A stretch of DNA of 64,000 bases from Candidatus Saccharimonadales bacterium (GTDB lineage: Bacteria; Patescibacteriota; Saccharimonadia; Saccharimonadales; JBGTLD01). The first letter of the stretch is position 1. Every line of letters begins with the position of its first letter. The notes below the pieces were generated by a model. The model was not told the origin of the DNA. It saw only the letters and a program-made list of their open reading frames with translations, and searched no databases. The stretch covers positions 16,470-80,469 of the forward strand of contig JBGTLD010000013.1 in NCBI GenBank assembly GCA_041744275.1. The letters are read 5' to 3'. Both the position numbers and the translations under genes were made by a program. This document shows, in pieces, positions 59,594 through 64,000 of this stretch.

Positions 59594-61207
59594 CTAAGCC
59601 GCATGCACTGCGTGCGCACGCATGACTACCTGCCCGAGTAGCGTGGATATATTAGAGAATACAGAATGGGCTGTAACGCTACTTTCAAATTCTGGCCGAT
59701 ATTCCTCTACTCTTAGTTGAGAAAGATACTGCACCGCACTCAAGAACAAACCAAGTTCACCCTTGGCAATCAAGTCTACAAGCATTTCCTTGCCATCTTC
59801 TACACCCATTGAGTCAATAAGTTCTAGTAATTTTTTTGTTATCTGTGGAGTTAAAATAACCGCGTTGCTTTCATGTTCAGCGTTAGCGACTGCCTCTTCG
59901 ATGAGTGTCATAATTTCTTCAGAAATCTTAACTGACTCTTCGAGCTGCTCAAATATAGCAGTGTCTTCACGCTCTTTTACGGACACTATTGCCTCGGCCA
60001 GTATGGTTAGTAGCTCTGCGTACTGGGGTTCAGACTCTACATTATTGCCTAATGCATCTTCTGGGTTTTCAGTTGCATTGTACTCCAGCAAAAACTCTTC
60101 AAATGACTCTGTAGTTTGCTCTGGTGATAGCAACAAAAACTCTATCGGCAACTCCTGTAAGCTGATGTGTTCTTGAGTGCTATCTTCAGTCTCAACTTCA
60201 TCGAACAATAGTTGTTGTATACTCTCTACTTCTTCTGCGTATAAAGAAACATCAATGGTGTCGGATTCGCCTTCAGGTGCAAGCTGTTCAAGCAGATCAA
60301 CAGCAGGAGAATGCTCTTCTTCGTCACCGGTGATCTCAATAAAATCATCAAGCTCATCACCAACTAACTCCGTTGGTTCCACGGCTATAGTGTGGTCAAT
60401 GCTTGGCTTTTCATCAGACACAACAGTAACTTCGACAGACGGATATCCAGAATCTGTCGACTCAAGTCTTTCAACTTTTTGCGCTACGTGTTCGTTATTA
60501 TCTACAACTTTTAGTACATCGGTAGTTGGCTGCGGTGTAATATCGACTGAATTTTTGGGTTCACTCTCTGTTTCTAGTGCAGTAACAATAGGTGCTACCT
60601 CATGTTGTTTTTTATCAGTGTCGTGTTTTACATTTGCTATGGGTTCTGTAACTACATCAATCTGCTCTTCTGATGTGTCACTTTGACTCATCACTACATC
60701 TGGTGCCGGAGAGTCCAAGTACTCTAAGACTTGCTCATCGGAAACATCATATGTGTCGACAACTCCTCCTTCACTCACACTCTCTTCGCGCACTGGCTGG
60801 ACTTCGACAGTATTGTCATTCTTTATGTTTTTTGCAGGTGCAACTTCTTTTTTAACTGGCTGTGCATTGTTTTCGCTAGGTACGTCCTTTGAAAAGTTTT
60901 TGCTACTCCAGTACTCCTGCTTAACGTTTTCATCTTTCACAACGAAAGCCGCAAAAGCCGTCTCAGGACGTACGCCCATAGCAAGTATCATCGCAGCATG
61001 GCCACATTTTTTAGCTATGTCGCCCGGATCATGTGAAATGTGCGTCTCGCCACTCTTGTCTGTATAGCTGTATATCGTGGGCTCATCTTGTAAAATGTCA
61101 TCATTAGGTGCAACTTCAGTACCAAAAAGAACTGGGCCAGCTTGAGGTTGCTCCATTACTTCTATTAAAGTGACGTTGTCCGTTTGTGTATCTAACTCAT
61201 GCCCCAT
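59594..61207 (-). CDS. Highly acidic, largely low-complexity hypothetical protein
   Basis: 537 aa, Glu/Asp-rich, no recognised domain. Confidence 0.7.
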   Translation of the reverse strand: MGHELDTQTDNVTLIEVMEQPQAGPVLFGTEVAPNDDILQDEPTIYSYTDKSGETHISHDPGDIAKKCGHAAMILAMGVRPETAFAAFVVKDENVKQEYWSSKNFSKDVPSENNAQPVKKEVAPAKNIKNDNTVEVQPVREESVSEGGVVDTYDVSDEQVLEYLDSPAPDVVMSQSDTSEEQIDVVTEPIANVKHDTDKKQHEVAPIVTALETESEPKNSVDITPQPTTDVLKVVDNNEHVAQKVERLESTDSGYPSVEVTVVSDEKPSIDHTIAVEPTELVGDELDDFIEITGDEEEHSPAVDLLEQLAPEGESDTIDVSLYAEEVESIQQLLFDEVETEDSTQEHISLQELPIEFLLLSPEQTTESFEEFLLEYNATENPEDALGNNVESEPQYAELLTILAEAIVSVKEREDTAIFEQLEESVKISEEIMTLIEEAVANAEHESNAVILTPQITKKLLELIDSMGVEDGKEMLVDLIAKGELGLFLSAVQYLSQLRVEEYRPEFESSVTAHSVFSNISTLLGQVVMRAHAVHAA

Positions 61208-61452
61208 TTAGCAAGCTCTTCTTTGGCCTTATCAGGATCTGGATTACCCCAAATTTCAGGTACTTCGTCCTTTTGTACCATTTCTGCGAACATCGCCCTA
61301 AGAGGATGAGGTGCATTTTCAGGTGTTGGGCAAGTTTTTACACCCTCAGCAATAGAACGTAAGTCACCTTCATGGTTAGGAAGCTTAATGTGGGCATAGT
61401 TGTGTAGTATGTATTCAGATTGTTGAAATTCTTCTGGAGATAGTTCACTCAT
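61192..61452 (-). CDS. Hypothetical protein
   Basis: 86 aa; TATACT 8 nt upstream; overlaps the start of the next gene. Confidence 0.6.
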   Translation of the reverse strand: MSELSPEEFQQSEYILHNYAHIKLPNHEGDLRSIAEGVKTCPTPENAPHPLRAMFAEMVQKDEVPEIWGNPDPDKAKEELAKWGMS

Positions 61453-61496
61453 ATTTTATTAGTATACAGCATTTTGTACAACTCATTAATGCCCTT

Positions 61497-62198
61497 TTAC
61501 AGGATCAGCTGCTCCAAGCGCGTGAGATCGATTCCGATATTCACCAGCCAGATTTCTATGTTCTTAATCCATCCAGTTGCGATGAGCACTCCGGTCGCAA
61601 TCATGACACCACCCAGTATTTTGCCAAATCGTGGACTCGTAGCCCATTCAAGTCTGCGAGTAACTCGTCTACCGCCATACGCAATCAGCAGTAACACCGC
61701 CGAAAGTCCCAGCACATAAAACAATATATATGCGGTACCGAGCGCAAAGTTTACTGGCAATATTGTCGCAACAATAATCCCGTACGTGGGACTACAACTT
61801 GTAAACACTGGACCTAACGATGCACCGAGGAGTATGTCCTTTTTATAGCCAGACGATGCACTGGCGTTTTTTGATAATTTTGTAGAAACTTTTTGAATAG
61901 ACTTTCCTGCAATCATACTCCATAGCGCTGGATACATCATTGAAACACCAACAATGATGATGATAATTCCTGAGAAAGCAAACAAAACACTAGAGGAAAT
62001 TCCTATAAACGCAGATGTGCCTTTTAAGAGTAGTGTGAATAGAAAAACCGAGACTGCCGTACTGCCAATAATAACAGTGGGTGCAGATTTCTTCTTGTCT
62101 GACAGTGAACCAGACACAATAACTGGCAGTAATGGCAAGATACACGGTGAAGCCACCGTAAGAATACCCGCAAGTATCGATACGAGTATAAGATCCAT
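61497..62198 (-). CDS. ccdA: CcdA/DsbD-like transmembrane thiol reductant conduit
   Basis: SPCILPLLP and FTSCSP Cys pair; about 6 TM. Confidence 0.88.
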   Translation of the reverse strand: MDLILVSILAGILTVASPCILPLLPVIVSGSLSDKKKSAPTVIIGSTAVSVFLFTLLLKGTSAFIGISSSVLFAFSGIIIIIVGVSMMYPALWSMIAGKSIQKVSTKLSKNASASSGYKKDILLGASLGPVFTSCSPTYGIIVATILPVNFALGTAYILFYVLGLSAVLLLIAYGGRRVTRRLEWATSPRFGKILGGVMIATGVLIATGWIKNIEIWLVNIGIDLTRLEQLIL

Positions 62199-62205
62199 TT
62201 CGGTC

Positions 62206-62682
62206 TTACGTACGCTCTATTCTTGAGACTATGTCAGCAAGGCTTGGACTGAGCACCCATTTCTTAATCAAATTTCCCTCTGCGTCAATTTGTACAAGCG
62301 TATGCTGCAAACGAACGTCATATTTTTTCCTTAGATCGAGCTCTGTGTCGTAATTAGCACGTGCAATCACAACATCTGCAGGAATAGAGCCAAGATTTTC
62401 TTGTATATCTTTTTCAAGCGAATTACAGGTTATACACCAGTCGGCCTTAAAAAACACAATTCGCGTATCGTCTGCTGCGGCAGTTGCCTCTAAGCTTGCA
62501 AGTTCAACGTACGACCCCGGCTGCTCAACTGGTGAAAGCTCTGTGGTTTCTTGCTGGCTAACATCTTGACTGGATGGTTGCGTAACTTGCGCGAGCTCAT
62601 CATTACTTGATCCACCTGCAATAACTACTGTTCCAATACCGAGCACAATGAGTGCTCCAACTACAATAAATGCTTTATTCAT
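62206..62682 (-). CDS. Membrane-anchored thioredoxin-like protein
   Basis: N-terminal TM; FFKADWCITC. Confidence 0.85.
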   Translation of the reverse strand: MNKAFIVVGALIVLGIGTVVIAGGSSNDELAQVTQPSSQDVSQQETTELSPVEQPGSYVELASLEATAAADDTRIVFFKADWCITCNSLEKDIQENLGSIPADVVIARANYDTELDLRKKYDVRLQHTLVQIDAEGNLIKKWVLSPSLADIVSRIERT

Positions 62683-62713
62683 ATACTAACCTTTGTTTAC
62701 AAGGTTAATTATA

Positions 62714-63244
62714 TCATATGTCTTTTTTTATTCTACTTGCAAACTTCTGTTTAAGCTTTAGGAGTTTTGGATTGATAATAACCTGGCAATACCCTTGGGC
62801 TGGATTGTTTGCAAAATAATTCTGGTGATACTCTTCTGCGCGGTAAAACTCTTCTAGTAGTGAAAGCTCAGTAACGACTGGGTTATCCCATAATTTTTGA
62901 ACATTTTGGATAGACTCCTCAGCTGTTTTCTTTTGGTCTTCATTCTCATAAAAAATCACTGACCTATACTGTGGTCCTACGTCGTTGCCTTGCTGGTTGA
63001 GCGTCGTTGGATCGTGTAGTGCCCAAAAGATATCCATCACATCTGTGAGCGATATTATAGCCGGGTCAAACGTAACTCGAACAACTTCTGCGTGACCAGT
63101 TGCACCACTGCCAACGGCATAGTACTCAGCGTCCTTTGCATCACCACCTGCATAGCCAGAAATTGCACTTTCAATCCCCTCTATTAGATTAAAACCTGCT
63201 TCGATGCACCAGAAACATCCGCCGCCAAGAACTATAGATTCCAT
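62714..63244 (-). CDS. msrA: Peptide methionine sulfoxide reductase A
   Basis: GGGCFWC, HDPTTLNQQGND and AEEYHQNY motifs. Confidence 0.97.
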   Translation of the reverse strand: MESIVLGGGCFWCIEAGFNLIEGIESAISGYAGGDAKDAEYYAVGSGATGHAEVVRVTFDPAIISLTDVMDIFWALHDPTTLNQQGNDVGPQYRSVIFYENEDQKKTAEESIQNVQKLWDNPVVTELSLLEEFYRAEEYHQNYFANNPAQGYCQVIINPKLLKLKQKFASRIKKDI

Positions 63245-63256
63245 ACCTAAAACTCC

Positions 63257-63670
63257 TTACGTATCAGTCTTTTCGTTAAAATCTAGTGAAATAGAATTAA
63301 TGCAGTATCTTTGCCCACCCTTGTCTGCTGGACCGTCGGGAAAAACATGGCCCAAATGAGCTCCGCAATTAGCACAGGTCACTTCCGTTCGTTCCATTCC
63401 AAAACTGTCATCGCGGTGCAATTCTACATGTTGCTGGTTTACAGGATCCGTGAAACTCGGCCACCCAGAACCTGATTCAAACTTCGTGTCGCTCGCGAAT
63501 AACTCGTGACCACATCCAGCGCAGCGATAAATACCGTCTTTATGGTTATCGACAAACTTTCCCGTCCAAGCTGGCTCGGTACCTTGCTCACGCAAGACAC
63601 GGTATTGCTCGGGGGTTAACTTCTCTTTCCAGTATTCTTCAGGCTTATCTTTAAATGAATTATCTGTCAT
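63257..63670 (-). CDS. msrB: Peptide methionine sulfoxide reductase B
   Basis: SGSGWPSF, HLGHVFPDGP and RYCINS motifs; two CxxC. Confidence 0.97.
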   Translation of the reverse strand: MTDNSFKDKPEEYWKEKLTPEQYRVLREQGTEPAWTGKFVDNHKDGIYRCAGCGHELFASDTKFESGSGWPSFTDPVNQQHVELHRDDSFGMERTEVTCANCGAHLGHVFPDGPADKGGQRYCINSISLDFNEKTDT

Positions 63671-63747
63671 AGGTACACTATACAGTTAAGTGTGTAAGTT
63701 TGTTTGAGTAATAATTCATAGCAACTCAATAATTGTTCAGATAAAAC

Positions 63748-64000
63748 TTACCCTATTTTGGCGTCTGTCACGACACCGTCTTCAATAGAAAAATTGATTC
63801 GGCTTTCACTGTAGTCTAGTGTCACCATAAACTCTTCACCGTCACGTGCAGTAATTCTATGTTGATACCCTTCACTCTCAGCCTTTTCAATTGCTTCTTC
63901 TTCCGTGAGACCTATATATGACTGAGTATCTATATTACGAGAGTCGTCTTGAGGGCTATTTGGCTCTAATTCAAAAGAATCATCGTTACTTATAGGCGCA
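63748..64000 (-). CDS. Peptidase inhibitor I78-like protein, 5'-truncated (not in ORF track)
   Basis: Manual translation ...YIGLTEEEAIEKAESEGYQHRITARDGEEFMVTLDYSESRINFSIEDGVVTDAKIG*. Confidence 0.6.
   Translation of the reverse strand, partial: APISNDDSFELEPNSPQDDSRNIDTQSYIGLTEEEAIEKAESEGYQHRITARDGEEFMVTLDYSESRINFSIEDGVVTDAKIG

Overview
Bacterial chromosomal window with no rRNA, CRISPR array, intact integrase or transposase. Gene content suggests a Patescibacteria/CPR organism, most likely Saccharibacteria (TM7); this is an inference from the monoderm type IV pilus cluster without a secretin, class F sortases, shortened TsaB/HrcA/TilS/ComEC, and apparently leaderless genes. Housekeeping genes: rny-ymdB, tsaBE, recX/recA, ruvABC-yebC, hrcA-grpE-dnaK-dnaJ with two CIRCE sites, gmk-like, bcp, lepA, murJ, ftsH, tilS, msrA/msrB-thioredoxin-ccdA and five tRNAs. 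Accessory modules: a CsoR-regulated copper operon and an HNH nuclease-ComEC-lamin-tail DNA-uptake trio. Most unusual observations: (1) a family of ~170-190 bp tRNA-linked elements behind tRNA-Pro, -Lys and -Met with shared internal architecture and a duplicated tRNA 3' end; (2) an operon coupling two RimK-type ATP-grasp ligases to a DUF1704/MATCAP-like HExxxH carboxypeptidase, a candidate writer/eraser system for C-terminal peptide tags; (3) an ABC1/AarF kinase sandwiched between two paralogous tiny 2-TM proteins, one missing from the ORF track; (4) a P1B-ATPase and a sortase that have lost their catalytic residues; (5) a 39-aa mini-prepilin opposite a GGDEF gene; (6) a long RBS-occluding hairpin upstream of an RRM gene. 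All family assignments come from motif recognition by eye; no database searches were run.
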